A stretch of DNA of 64,000 nucleotides, taken from the NCBI GenBank assembly GCA_050250895.1, contig JBFWNU010000011.1, positions 1 through 64,000 on the forward strand. Reading direction: 5' to 3'. Below, piece after piece: positions 17,892 to 27,032 of the stretch. Numbering within the stretch: position 1 is the first letter of the stretch; every line of letters begins with the position of its first letter. Source of the stretch: Vulcanimicrobiota bacterium. Lineage in GTDB: Bacteria > Vulcanimicrobiota > Xenobia > Xenobiales > JADMJV01. The position numbers and the translations under genes were made by a program. Below the pieces are notes generated by a model, which saw only the letters and a program-made list of their open reading frames with translations, was not told where the DNA came from and searched no databases.

Positions 17892-19016
17892 TCAAGCCAT
17901 GTTTTCTGACAGCTGCACCAGCTCGGCCAGTCCGCGTTCGACCCGCGACCAGTGCGATAGCCGCGGTCGGGCAAACCCTACAGCCGCCGGCAAAGCGTGC
18001 AGAATCTCTGGCTCACGCTCGTCGTCCTGGTCGCAGCGAGTGGTCAACAAAAGCGTCTGGGAACCATCCGACAAGGCCAGATAATAGCGGTCGAGGCAAG
18101 TGATGTCCAGGTGGTCGAGGTCATGCTCGAGGTCGCAGCGCACCAGCTCGTCAAAGGCCATCTCCACCGGGCCATGGCGCAGACGACGGGCAGCTAGGTC
18201 CAGCACCAGCTCGACCTCTCCTTCGGCGCCGAAGTGATAAACATCACCCCGCCGAGAAACCGACGAAAAGTCGACCGTCAAAGCCTCTCGTCGCTCTTCC
18301 CAAGGCACGAAGAGGCCGGCCAGATCTAGCTCGACCTCAGGCCAGCTCAGCTCATAGACACAGACGAGCCGGTCAAGGTCATCCTCGTCTAGAAAATAGA
18401 TGCCCGGACGATGGCTGGGCGGCGGGATGCGGCTCATCACCTCGTCGGTCTCGGGTAGCACCGCCCGGGCCTGGCGAAGGTCCGCCAGGCTCAACAGCAG
18501 CGGCTCGTCATCGTTACCCCCGACATCCTCAAACAGAGCCATCTGCTCCAGGCGGTCCAGCTCTTTTTGCTCGTCAGCCTCGAGAGGCGACTCAGACTTC
18601 AAGTCGACCATGCGGGTGATGGCCGAAGCGCGCGCCCGGGAGCCACGGTTGTAATCCGTCACGAGCTGTGCCAGCACCCGGTGATAGAGGCCAGCCAGGC
18701 GAGGCTCGAGGGTGTCCCAAGATTGGGGGCCAGTGGGAAAGAATGCCACCCGAAAATTCGGAGTGGTGCCGTCGCCCCCGTGAGCCTGCTTGCGACCTTG
18801 AGCCACGACCACGAATTCGCCTTCGTAGTCGCCCTCAAAGTCGCCCATGAAGCTCACTCCGGGCAACAGGCCGGGCGGCAACACGAGCGGGGGGCGGGAC
18901 TGGGCGGACACGCTGGGGGGCAAACCTGGGCCCGAAACGAAGGCCACCCGAGCCCACTCGGGACCCAGCTCGGACGAGCCGCCCAGATACCCCATGATCG
19001 ACTTCCAAAACGCCAT
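17892..19016 (-). CDS. Hypothetical protein
   Basis: 374-aa ORF coupled to the upstream gene. Confidence 0.7.
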   Translation of the reverse strand: MAFWKSIMGYLGGSSELGPEWARVAFVSGPGLPPSVSAQSRPPLVLPPGLLPGVSFMGDFEGDYEGEFVVVAQGRKQAHGGDGTTPNFRVAFFPTGPQSWDTLEPRLAGLYHRVLAQLVTDYNRGSRARASAITRMVDLKSESPLEADEQKELDRLEQMALFEDVGGNDDEPLLLSLADLRQARAVLPETDEVMSRIPPPSHRPGIYFLDEDDLDRLVCVYELSWPEVELDLAGLFVPWEERREALTVDFSSVSRRGDVYHFGAEGEVELVLDLAARRLRHGPVEMAFDELVRCDLEHDLDHLDITCLDRYYLALSDGSQTLLLTTRCDQDDEREPEILHALPAAVGFARPRLSHWSRVERGLAELVQLSENMA

Positions 19017-19017
19017 C

Positions 19018-19467
19018 TCAATCGTCGTGGTCGATGGTGGCTTTCATCAGACCACTGCAGCTCTTGCAGCGGGTGAGATAGGTGGTGGTGTTGTCGTAGT
19101 GCCCGCGGGTTCGCTCGAGTTCATGATAGAACCACATGCTCTGGCCGTGGAGCGAACTCGACCCGCAATGGGGGCAGCCGCCGTAATACTTGGGAAGATT
19201 GCTCAGGTCGAGGTCGGGGGGCAGGGCCGGCGGCTGGGCCGGCTTGCGGCCGTGCAGGCTGTCCATCACCTCGTCAAAGCGGCCTCGAAATCTCACCACC
19301 TCGTAGCCGCCTCCCAGCGGTTCGCGGGTGACCTGCACTCGGGACGGGTCTGCGTCTTGCTCGGGTTGCTCGTTGGGCGAGCGCCGGTGACGTCGCCACC
19401 CGTCGTAGAGGCCGACCGCGACGAGCGCAGAGAAACTGAAGGCGAAGGCTTTATGCAGAAGTGACAT
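19018..19467 (-). CDS. Membrane-anchored hypothetical protein with CxxC...CxxC zinc-ribbon
   Basis: Hydrophobic N-terminus, CPHC and CKSC. TAAGCT-N6-ATG promoter-like start. Confidence 0.65.
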   Translation of the reverse strand: MSLLHKAFAFSFSALVAVGLYDGWRRHRRSPNEQPEQDADPSRVQVTREPLGGGYEVVRFRGRFDEVMDSLHGRKPAQPPALPPDLDLSNLPKYYGGCPHCGSSSLHGQSMWFYHELERTRGHYDNTTTYLTRCKSCSGLMKATIDHDD

Positions 19468-19602
19468 GCAGCCAGCTTACGCCAGGCTGCCGAGGAAGGA
19501 TGTATGCCAGCTCACTTCCTGGTTGAACCCACGCGGAGTGGATGCGGAAATGCGAACCTTTGTCTTCTTGTGTGGCCGACGCTGGTGCCGTATGCTGGGT
19601 CA

Positions 19603-19998
19603 ATGGAAGAGCTACCCCAACAGATCGCGAAGCTGGCCGCCGACCTGGCTCAGGTGAAAACCCAGGTCGGCGAAAACAGCCTCGAAATCAAAGAGAACCG
19701 TCGCGGAATCGAAGAGAACCGCCGCGAGATTGAAGAGAACCGCCGGGGGATCGAAGAGAACCGCCACGGGATTCAAGAGAACCGCCGCCTGCTCGAAGAG
19801 CACTCCCAATGGATGGCGCGCAAAGACCAGGCTGATGCCGAGCTGATGGAGTTTCTGCGCGAGCAGTTCCAGCAGCAGGACGCCAAATTCGCGATGATGG
19901 CCGAGGAGTGGCGCTCGGACCATCGCGCCGTGGTCGAGGTGGTGCGCTCCAACAGCCGTCGAATCGACCGGCTGGAACAAAGACTCGGCATCGACTGA
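19603..19998 (+). CDS. Coiled-coil protein with IEENRRG heptad repeats
   Basis: About 5 imperfect 21-bp repeats at ~19687-19790. TATGCT-N6-ATG start. Confidence 0.7.
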   Translation: MEELPQQIAKLAADLAQVKTQVGENSLEIKENRRGIEENRREIEENRRGIEENRHGIQENRRLLEEHSQWMARKDQADAELMEFLREQFQQQDAKFAMMAEEWRSDHRAVVEVVRSNSRRIDRLEQRLGID

Positions 19999-20002
19999 CC
20001 GA

Positions 20003-20365
20003 CTAGCCGCTGCGTAGGATCTTCTCCAACTTGCGACCCTTGGCCAACTCGTCCACCAGCTTGTCCAGATAGCGCACCTGGCGCGTCAGGGGGTTCTCGA
20101 TTTCCTCGATCCGATAGCCACAGATCTTGCCGGTGATCAGGTGAGCGTTCGGGTTCAAGGTGGCCTGCTCGAAAAACGTCTCGAAGGTAGCCTCGGCCTC
20201 GATGAGGGTTTGCAGTCTTGATTCGTCGTAACCGGTCAGCCACTCGATGACGGCCAGCAGCTCTTGCCTGGTGCGACCCTTCTTCTCGACCTTGGCCACA
20301 TAGTGGGGGTAGACCGAGGCGAAGGTCATCCTGGCCATGCGTTCATCGTGGTTGGGTTTGCTCAT
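20003..20365 (-). CDS. DUF2200 family protein
   Basis: FASVYPHYVAKVEKKGRT, ITGKICGYRIEEIE and RYLDKLVDELAKG motifs. Confidence 0.9.
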   Translation of the reverse strand: MSKPNHDERMARMTFASVYPHYVAKVEKKGRTRQELLAVIEWLTGYDESRLQTLIEAEATFETFFEQATLNPNAHLITGKICGYRIEEIENPLTRQVRYLDKLVDELAKGRKLEKILRSG

Positions 20366-20369
20366 TTTG

Positions 20370-21401
20370 CTAACTGTCCACCTTCGGCAGTCTTTCCAGT
20401 TCGACGGGCAGGCGAGCCAGAAAGTCGGGCGGCGCTTCTCCTTCGATGATCAAGATGTGGCCGGTGAGGGCCGCCTGCAGTAGATAGTCCCACTCTTCCT
20501 GGTCGCGGACATCCTCGGCCCGCAACAGAATGAGGTCGACGCCCATTCTCAGGGCCGAGCGAATCTTCTGGCCCATCGTCTCGCCAGCCTCGAGGCGCAG
20601 GCGGACGGCGTTGAAGTTGGCCAGGCGGGCTTCTAGCTGGTCGAGGGTTCCCACGGGCGTGAGAGCGCAGAATTCGTGCTCGCTCGAGTCGAGTCCGAGG
20701 GCGGTGGCCAGCGGGTCGAGTTGACGGGCCACGACCTGCGCGTCGCCCTCGAAATGGACCCACTCGCCCAGGCTCTGGCAGATGCCGCTCGGCCGGCGGC
20801 TGACGCCCGCGAAGAAGTCGTCGAGTTCCTGGTCGCTGGCCCCGGCTTTCCAGAGGTTGTAACTGGTGGTCTCGATCAGGTCCCCGATGGTGAGCTGGGG
20901 CAGCTCGGCGACGACCAGCCGGCAATCGGGATAGCGGGGGCGACCGGCGGCCGGCGCAACCGTGGCTCGGGTGAAGGGTGGGGCCTTCAACGACTCTGGA
21001 GACAGGTTTTCATCCCAACGCTCCACCAGGCTGTAGGTCCAACCGGGATTCCAGGCCACAGACCAGACGCACGGGATGACGCTGGTCATGGCCACTCCGC
21101 GCTGGGCATTCTGAATCGTCCAGCGGAGAAGGTCGGCGGTCTCTTCGCCCAGAGGACGGCCGATCTCGGCCAGGCCTTCGTAGATAGGGTCCCACTCGGG
21201 GCCGGACAGGTTCTGATGCCAGATATGAAGGCGGTGGTCCAAAAGGCTGATGAGCAGCTCGCCCAGGAGCCACGCTACCTTCTCGACATTGTCGAGTTTG
21301 GCCCAGGCCTGGTGATGGGTGAGACCGCTGCCGTAGCCGAGTTTCTGGTCGACAGCGTCGCGGACGGATTGGTGGGTGCGCACGGATTCCGTGAGAAGCA
21401 T
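20370..21401 (-). CDS. Hypothetical protein with degenerate PilT/GspE-ATPase-like C-terminus
   Basis: IRSALRMGVDLILL...RDQEE...QAALTGHIL resembles LRxxLRQDPDVI..GEIRD.ET...AAxTGHLV. Confidence 0.65.
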   Translation of the reverse strand: MLLTESVRTHQSVRDAVDQKLGYGSGLTHHQAWAKLDNVEKVAWLLGELLISLLDHRLHIWHQNLSGPEWDPIYEGLAEIGRPLGEETADLLRWTIQNAQRGVAMTSVIPCVWSVAWNPGWTYSLVERWDENLSPESLKAPPFTRATVAPAAGRPRYPDCRLVVAELPQLTIGDLIETTSYNLWKAGASDQELDDFFAGVSRRPSGICQSLGEWVHFEGDAQVVARQLDPLATALGLDSSEHEFCALTPVGTLDQLEARLANFNAVRLRLEAGETMGQKIRSALRMGVDLILLRAEDVRDQEEWDYLLQAALTGHILIIEGEAPPDFLARLPVELERLPKVDS

Positions 21402-21511
21402 GGCTCGGGATTCGGAGCCGGAGTCGCTCGCGCCTGTTGCCGGCTTGGTGTAGGGACAGTCGACAGCCCGGCGAGCCGTGCTCGCGGGCCGTCCACTGTC
21501 GCGCCATCATC

Positions 21512-21588
21512 TGGTCTAGGTGGACGGGTTCGAACCGCCGACCTCTTCCTTCCAAGGGAAGCGAGCTACCGTTCTGCTCCACACCTAG
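21512..21588 (-). tRNA. tRNA-Pro (anticodon UGG), CCA encoded
   Basis: 77-nt cloverleaf: acceptor CTAGGTG/CACCTAG-A-CCA, D arm GAGC/GCTC, anticodon stem CTTCC/GGAAG with loop CTTGGAA, TTCGAAC T-loop. TAATAT -10 at 21605-21600. Confidence 0.92.
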
Positions 21589-21673
21589 GCGACGAGGCAA
21601 TATTACCCTTAGGGAGGGACGAGTTCTGTGAAATTTTCCCTGAAAGACCTCTTCGCGAGCGCCCTGAGACGGA

Positions 21674-22720
21674 CTATGTCTGTTGGTAGTTCACCGCCGA
21701 CACGCGGCAGTCGTTGCAGAAGAAAGCATAGTAGCGGCCGTCGCCATCGTCGAGCTGAGCCACGTAGCCCATCCATTGCCCGCACTCCGGGCAGTTCGGG
21801 TACTGGGCATCCTGGATCCAACCGGGCGCACCGCCGAGGGCCGATGCGTCCGGGAGTCCGAACGGCTCCGTGATGGCGAACGCGGGCAGCCTCTCCGGAC
21901 GACGAGAACTTTGGTTGCCTGCCTCGTCTCGTTCGAGACCGGAATACTCGGTGGCTGGATGGACTGCGGCTCCCCGGCTGAAGAACCGGCCAAAGGCACT
22001 GCAAACCGGGCAGTGGAGGACGTTCTGCGGACCGTCGGGCAGCCCGGAGAAGTCGAACAGCCATTCCAGGGTCGTCGAGCAACCCGGGCAGCTAGAGGCG
22101 AGGGGCACCCGGCAATGAACGGTCGCCTCAGCCTCCGTCGGGACCAGGAGGTAGCAGTCCGGGGAGAAGAGTTCCTTTCTGGCGCCGTCGGGTCCGAGAC
22201 ACCACCCCGCTTCGGTCGGGTACGCCTCCGGTGGAACGTAGAACGCCTCCGCCCATTGGGGCCTCTGGTCGCGCCACCGTGAAAAAGCCGCGGTGGCCAC
22301 ATCCCCGCGAGTCCAGGCCAGCGCCGCCAGGGCGTGGTTGAGGCGAGGCTGCGCCAATCCGGCTTCCTCGATTCGCTGGCAGAGTCCCTCGGCCACATCG
22401 CTGGGGGCGTCCCGGTACAGGTTGGGAGGCCAGTAGATCTCCCTGTGCAGCGTGTCGCGCAGCCTCGAGCCAAGGCCTTCCGCCCGGAAATTGGCCAGAC
22501 AGACCAGAATTGCTTCCCCCACGGCCGGCCCAGCCCCACCCGAGTCCAGCAGCGAGACGGCCCGGTCAGCCAGGTTTTCGGCTTGACCGTGAGACAGCGC
22601 ACAGTGGCGAGCTATCCAGCCTGGCCCCGAGGGCCGTGTCGTGATACGGCTTGCGAGCCATCTCAGGGCCTGGCGAGCATCGTCTGGCACCCCGCTCAGC
22701 AAGTCACGCGCGGTCTGCAA
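21674..22720 (-). CDS. DUF1963/YwqG-like Cys-motif protein (start uncertain)
   Basis: LGGAPGWIQDAQYPNCPECGQWMGYVAQL, several CxxC pairs, YQQT terminus. Confidence 0.75.
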   Translation of the reverse strand: MQTARDLLSGVPDDARQALRWLASRITTRPSGPGWIARHCALSHGQAENLADRAVSLLDSGGAGPAVGEAILVCLANFRAEGLGSRLRDTLHREIYWPPNLYRDAPSDVAEGLCQRIEEAGLAQPRLNHALAALAWTRGDVATAAFSRWRDQRPQWAEAFYVPPEAYPTEAGWCLGPDGARKELFSPDCYLLVPTEAEATVHCRVPLASSCPGCSTTLEWLFDFSGLPDGPQNVLHCPVCSAFGRFFSRGAAVHPATEYSGLERDEAGNQSSRRPERLPAFAITEPFGLPDASALGGAPGWIQDAQYPNCPECGQWMGYVAQLDDGDGRYYAFFCNDCRVSAVNYQQT

Positions 22721-23054
22721 CGCTTGCCTCAGACGCTGGACCTGGGACGCGGCCTGCGCCTGCCGCGGGGGGGAGAATCCCCCTCGCTGTGCCGAGCACG
22801 GCCAGGTAAGGCCGAATCCCGCGCATCAGGCCCGGAACGCACAACCCGTAGGAAAGCAGAAAGGGATCACTTTCCGTCTCGCCCAGGGCCGCCAGATGCC
22901 CTTTCAGCTGCTCGAGATGAGCCTGGATGAGCGGGTCATCGGCCGCCGGAACTTGCCCTTCGTCTTCTGCTTAGATGACTAAGTTCAGGTTTCCGGCATA
23001 GGACGCCAGGTGGCGCAGCGCGTGCTCCCTCAGCAGTTCCTCTTCGGGCGTCAT
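22721..23054 (-). pseudogene. Disrupted ORF upstream of the DUF1963-like gene
   Basis: ATG at 23054 (MTPEEELLREHALRHL...), in-frame TAA at 22973-22971, protein-like continuation, apparent frameshift near the G-run at ~22767-22773. Confidence 0.4.
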
Positions 23055-23123
23055 GTCTGACCGTTCGAAAAAGCCGGCCCGCGTCCTCCGCGGTACCGGC
23101 TGGTAGCTCAGGCTCAGAAAAGA

Positions 23124-23966
23124 TTAGTAGTTGGGGCAAGCGCTCTCGCCCAGGCTGGCGTTGAGCGAGTCGTGAAAGACCCCGAATCGGGTCTGGTCAC
23201 GGCCGCCCAGACTGCCCTGCGTGCCCCGTTGGATCTGACTGGTGGGGGTGACGAGTTGGGCTTCGACCTGACGGTATTGACGGTCGAGCAGGTTCTGAAG
23301 GTCTTCGAGGTATTCGGTGTCCTTTTCGTAGCCGTTGCCTCGATAGTCACGAACCGTGTCTCGATACATTCCCAGCACGAACTTCAGGTGCTGGCGGGCC
23401 TTGTCGCGTTGAGCCGCGTCGGAAGCTTGTCTGACGTCGCGTTTGAGCCGATTGACCCAGTCCTGCATCTCGACGAAGGTGGCGTGCCAGGCCTCCATTT
23501 CCATCGAGTTCTCGCCGCCGGTAGTGTTTGAGGACTGGGAGCTATAGTGCCTCCAGGCCGATTGGCGAGTGTGAATCATCTCGTGGAAGAGGATGCGGGA
23601 TAGAGCGACGATGTTGGTCCATTGCCCGTTGTTGTTTGGATCCCAGCTTCTGGAGGTCGAGATCCAGGTGCGGTCGATGGTAGTATGCCCGGTAATGCCC
23701 GTTTCGGCATTGCCGTCATCGACCGCAGCCACCGAGATGTCGCCGTTGGCCAAACGGGTGCGGATGGTTTGAGCCGTTTCGGTTTCACCCATCGACTCGA
23801 GAAAATCGGCGGCCGCCCGAATGTTGGCGGCCGCCGAGGCCGTGATGGAAGCGTCCATCCGGGGAGGCGGAGGCGCATCGCCACCGGTGACCGGGGCGAT
23901 ACCGGATTGGCTCTGGGCCAGGGCCGGCGCGAACGCCAGCAGAACGATCAGGAGAAGTTTCTTCAT
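23124..23966 (-). CDS. Secreted zincin-like metalloprotein
   Basis: Signal peptide MKKLLLIVLLAFAPALA, HEMIH motif and downstream EMEAW. Confidence 0.75.
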   Translation of the reverse strand: MKKLLLIVLLAFAPALAQSQSGIAPVTGGDAPPPPRMDASITASAAANIRAAADFLESMGETETAQTIRTRLANGDISVAAVDDGNAETGITGHTTIDRTWISTSRSWDPNNNGQWTNIVALSRILFHEMIHTRQSAWRHYSSQSSNTTGGENSMEMEAWHATFVEMQDWVNRLKRDVRQASDAAQRDKARQHLKFVLGMYRDTVRDYRGNGYEKDTEYLEDLQNLLDRQYRQVEAQLVTPTSQIQRGTQGSLGGRDQTRFGVFHDSLNASLGESACPNY

Positions 23967-24085
23967 GTTCCTCACCTTAGCCGAGGTCCTGATGGCGGCG
24001 CCGTAGCCCGGTTCACACTGTGGGCGAGTTCACTTTCGTCTAACGGCCCGGGAAGATCGGTCTTCTCCCTCGCGACAGGGGCTGC

Positions 24086-24622
24086 ATGAAACGTCTGCTG
24101 TTCGTGATGCTGATTCTGCTCGCTGCCTGTTCGGGGCGCGAAACCGTCCAGACTCTTCCACCGACTCCAAGCGCCTCGGTCGACCAAAATGCGCTGCTGC
24201 TGCACTGGGTGGCCGAGGGCGGCAACACGCCCCGAGGCATCGGCCGGCACGAGGTCAAGGTCTGGCGAAACGGCAAGATCAGCTGGTATGACGCCTATAA
24301 GGATGAACGCATCCCCGCTTACGGACAGACCGCCACTCCCCCACCCGACGCCTTCGATGGCTGGTCGAGCGCCACTCTTACCAGCGACGAATTGTCCGGG
24401 CTGACCGAGACGGTCGACGGCGCCGACTATGGCGCCCTTGCAATCAACCCGCAAGCTCAGCGTCCGAGCGCCTCTGACAGCCAGGACGAAACCCTCACCC
24501 TGGGCGCGGCCAGCGGCGAGGTCAAACTCGAGCTGTGGCAGCTCGAAAGACCAGAGCAGCTCCCGCTGCTCGGCCAGCTCGACCTTCTCAAACAGAAATA
24601 CGTGATTGCCCGCCATGATTGA
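24086..24622 (+). CDS. Lipoprotein
   Basis: MKRLLFVMLILLAAC lipobox. Confidence 0.75.
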   Translation: MKRLLFVMLILLAACSGRETVQTLPPTPSASVDQNALLLHWVAEGGNTPRGIGRHEVKVWRNGKISWYDAYKDERIPAYGQTATPPPDAFDGWSSATLTSDELSGLTETVDGADYGALAINPQAQRPSASDSQDETLTLGAASGEVKLELWQLERPEQLPLLGQLDLLKQKYVIARHD

Positions 24623-25604
24623 ACTGCGCGGCCAGAAAGCGCTGGTATTCTCGTTTCCCGAGGTGCACCCTCAAGCCCAGTTGACCGTTACCTTCGTGCG
24701 CACTTTGAGGGTGCCCGATGACGGTCACACCTATCCCCTGCCACCCGGACTGGGACTCTTTCCGCTGCGGCATCTAGACGACCACGCCGGGGCCGTGCCC
24801 CAGAGCTGGTTGACTAGCGGGGGGGTCATGTTGCCGATGTATCAATCCGAAGCCCTGTGGCTCTATTTCACCAGCGCCTACATCCCCAATCAAGAGAGCT
24901 ATCCCTTCGCCCTCAAAGTGGCGGCGGGCAAGATCAATGCGCTCACCGGTGAACCTTGGAGCCACCCTCTGCAAGGGCAACCGCAAGACTATCTGGTGGT
25001 GCCCCCCCAGCCGTGGCTCGACGGCTTCGCGGTGGGTCCGGGATTGGTTCGCCAGTTCGTGGCCATGCCGCTGGGCAGCGGTTGTAGCGCCGAAGAGCAA
25101 ATCACCGGCCGGGCCGAGGTGGGTGGAATCCAGTTGATGGTCTATCCTATGAAGCGGTCGGTCTTCGAAGAGCGGTTTCCTCAGCAGGAGGGAGTCTGCG
25201 ATATGGTACGTTGCTGCTCGGTCGGCGAGGGGATGGGCCTTTCGCCCGGGGGCAAGCTCAAGCAGCAGATCTTCGCCGACCCCTTTGAGCTCGACGACTG
25301 GGACACCGAACATAGTGGCTGCTTCGCCCATATCGTCAACTCGCGCTCCTGGCTCGAGTTCACCGGCCAGCTGCCGCCCCACCCACCCATTACGGCTCAG
25401 GAGTACAACGAGCACGGGTTTCCATGGTTTGACTACTATCGTGATGAGCTGGCCGAACTGATGGGCTCCCAGCAACTGGCCCGCCTCAAATCGCTGGTTC
25501 AGATGATGGCCGACAAGAGCCAGGTCTTGCCCTACAACCAGACCATCGAACCCAGGCGAGTCGTGCGAGTGCTCAAGGAAATGGTCCGCGAAGGCGAGTT
25601 CTAG
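24615..25604 (+). CDS. Conserved hypothetical protein
   Basis: RTLRVPDD..YPLPPGLGLFPL, PMYQSEALW, QPWLDG, VRQFVAMPLG and PWFDYY blocks. Confidence 0.8.
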   Translation: MIELRGQKALVFSFPEVHPQAQLTVTFVRTLRVPDDGHTYPLPPGLGLFPLRHLDDHAGAVPQSWLTSGGVMLPMYQSEALWLYFTSAYIPNQESYPFALKVAAGKINALTGEPWSHPLQGQPQDYLVVPPQPWLDGFAVGPGLVRQFVAMPLGSGCSAEEQITGRAEVGGIQLMVYPMKRSVFEERFPQQEGVCDMVRCCSVGEGMGLSPGGKLKQQIFADPFELDDWDTEHSGCFAHIVNSRSWLEFTGQLPPHPPITAQEYNEHGFPWFDYYRDELAELMGSQQLARLKSLVQMMADKSQVLPYNQTIEPRRVVRVLKEMVREGEF

Positions 25605-25644
25605 CTCGACAGGTCGCAGCCGGCCAGGCCAAGAAAAGCAGAGA

Positions 25645-26949
25645 ATGGGGAGAGTTCTGGCCGCCCTGCTGGTGGTCTTGCTGAGCGGTCCTGCCTGGGC
25701 CCGGATGCGCACCCTCGAAGTGGTGACCCACCCTCCGGGGGCGGTGGTGAAGGACCAGTTCGGCAACGTGCTGGGCCGATCGGGCACTCCTTTGGCCATC
25801 GACCCGGACCACTACGACACCAGGCAGGTCCAACTGCATCTTTCCCTGCCGGGCTACAAGGCCAGTCGCTATGCCTATCTGCTGAGCGACTCCGACCAGG
25901 GTCGCATTCCTCCCAGCGGCGCCATCGTGCTCGAACCAGCCAGTCTGTGGGTCAGAGTGCGCGATGGAGTACGCTATCAGAGCTGGACGGTGCTGGTGGC
26001 GGGGTTGCTGCTGGCCGTCGGAGGCCTGGGGTTGCGCCATCGCCACCGCCTGCGTCACCACCAGGAGTGGCTCGAACGCTATCAGGGCGGGGCGGCCGCG
26101 GACTCGTTGATCCTGACCGAACTGGGAGGGTACCGGCTGGTGCAAGAGGTGGGCCACGGGGGAATGGCCACGGTCTATCGGGCCGTGCCGGCCGACAGCC
26201 TCGACGAGAAAGCGGCGGTGGCCATCAAGGTGCTCGACCGAAAGTTGGCCCAGAGGCCCGAGTTCGTCGACCGCTTTCGCCGCGAGATCGAGGTCAGCCG
26301 CTGGCTGGTGCATCCGGCCGTCGTCAAGATTCTCGATTGGGGTGAAGAGCGCGGGTATCTCTACCTGGTCATGGAGTTTGTCGACGGCCAGAACCTGCGC
26401 GATCACATGCAGCAGCCACTGAGCCTGGCCGAAGCGGTCGCTTTGCTCGAGCCGATCATGGCCGGGGTGCACTACGCCCACAGGCGCGGAGTAGTGCATC
26501 GCGATCTCAAGCCAGAGAACATCATGCTGACCCGTTCGGGCAAGCCCAAGGTGATGGACTTTGGGCTGGCTCGCGAGCTGCAATCCCAGAAGCTGACCAA
26601 GACCGGCACGGCAATGGGCACTCCCGCTTACATGTCGCCCGAGCAAATCCGGGGCGACGAGCTGCATCCAGCCTGCGATCAATACGGCCTCGGTGTGTTG
26701 GCGTTCGAGCTGTTGACCGGGCGACTGCCCTTCGACGGCGACCCGATGCAGCTGATGTTCTGCCACATGAGCGAAGACCCGCCTCCACCCAGCCGCTGGC
26801 GACCCGAACTCCCCCCGGCCCTCGACGAGGTAGTGCTGCGCATGCTCGACAAGGAGGCCGAGAACCGCTACCCCGACCTGGAACAGGCCAGCCGGGCCCT
26901 GGGCGCGGCCCTGGAGGAGAGTGCGCCCGATAGCGCAAATCATGCTTAG
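25645..26949 (+). CDS. Membrane Ser/Thr protein kinase with extracytoplasmic PEGA-like N-terminus
   Basis: [34 protein letters not shown]. Signal peptide and TM helix. Confidence 0.93.
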   Translation: MGRVLAALLVVLLSGPAWARMRTLEVVTHPPGAVVKDQFGNVLGRSGTPLAIDPDHYDTRQVQLHLSLPGYKASRYAYLLSDSDQGRIPPSGAIVLEPASLWVRVRDGVRYQSWTVLVAGLLLAVGGLGLRHRHRLRHHQEWLERYQGGAAADSLILTELGGYRLVQEVGHGGMATVYRAVPADSLDEKAAVAIKVLDRKLAQRPEFVDRFRREIEVSRWLVHPAVVKILDWGEERGYLYLVMEFVDGQNLRDHMQQPLSLAEAVALLEPIMAGVHYAHRRGVVHRDLKPENIMLTRSGKPKVMDFGLARELQSQKLTKTGTAMGTPAYMSPEQIRGDELHPACDQYGLGVLAFELLTGRLPFDGDPMQLMFCHMSEDPPPPSRWRPELPPALDEVVLRMLDKEAENRYPDLEQASRALGAALEESAPDSANHA

Positions 26950-27032
26950 AACACTGGGAGAGGATTGCGACTCTGAAGGTTGTCTCCGATTCCGGGGCGC
27001 GGGTTGTCTTTGAGGAAGCGATCAAGGTTCTG

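Noticed and set aside
21512-21588. tRNA as an integration site of a genomic island
   Set aside because: No integrase and no duplicated tRNA 3' end noticed in the window.
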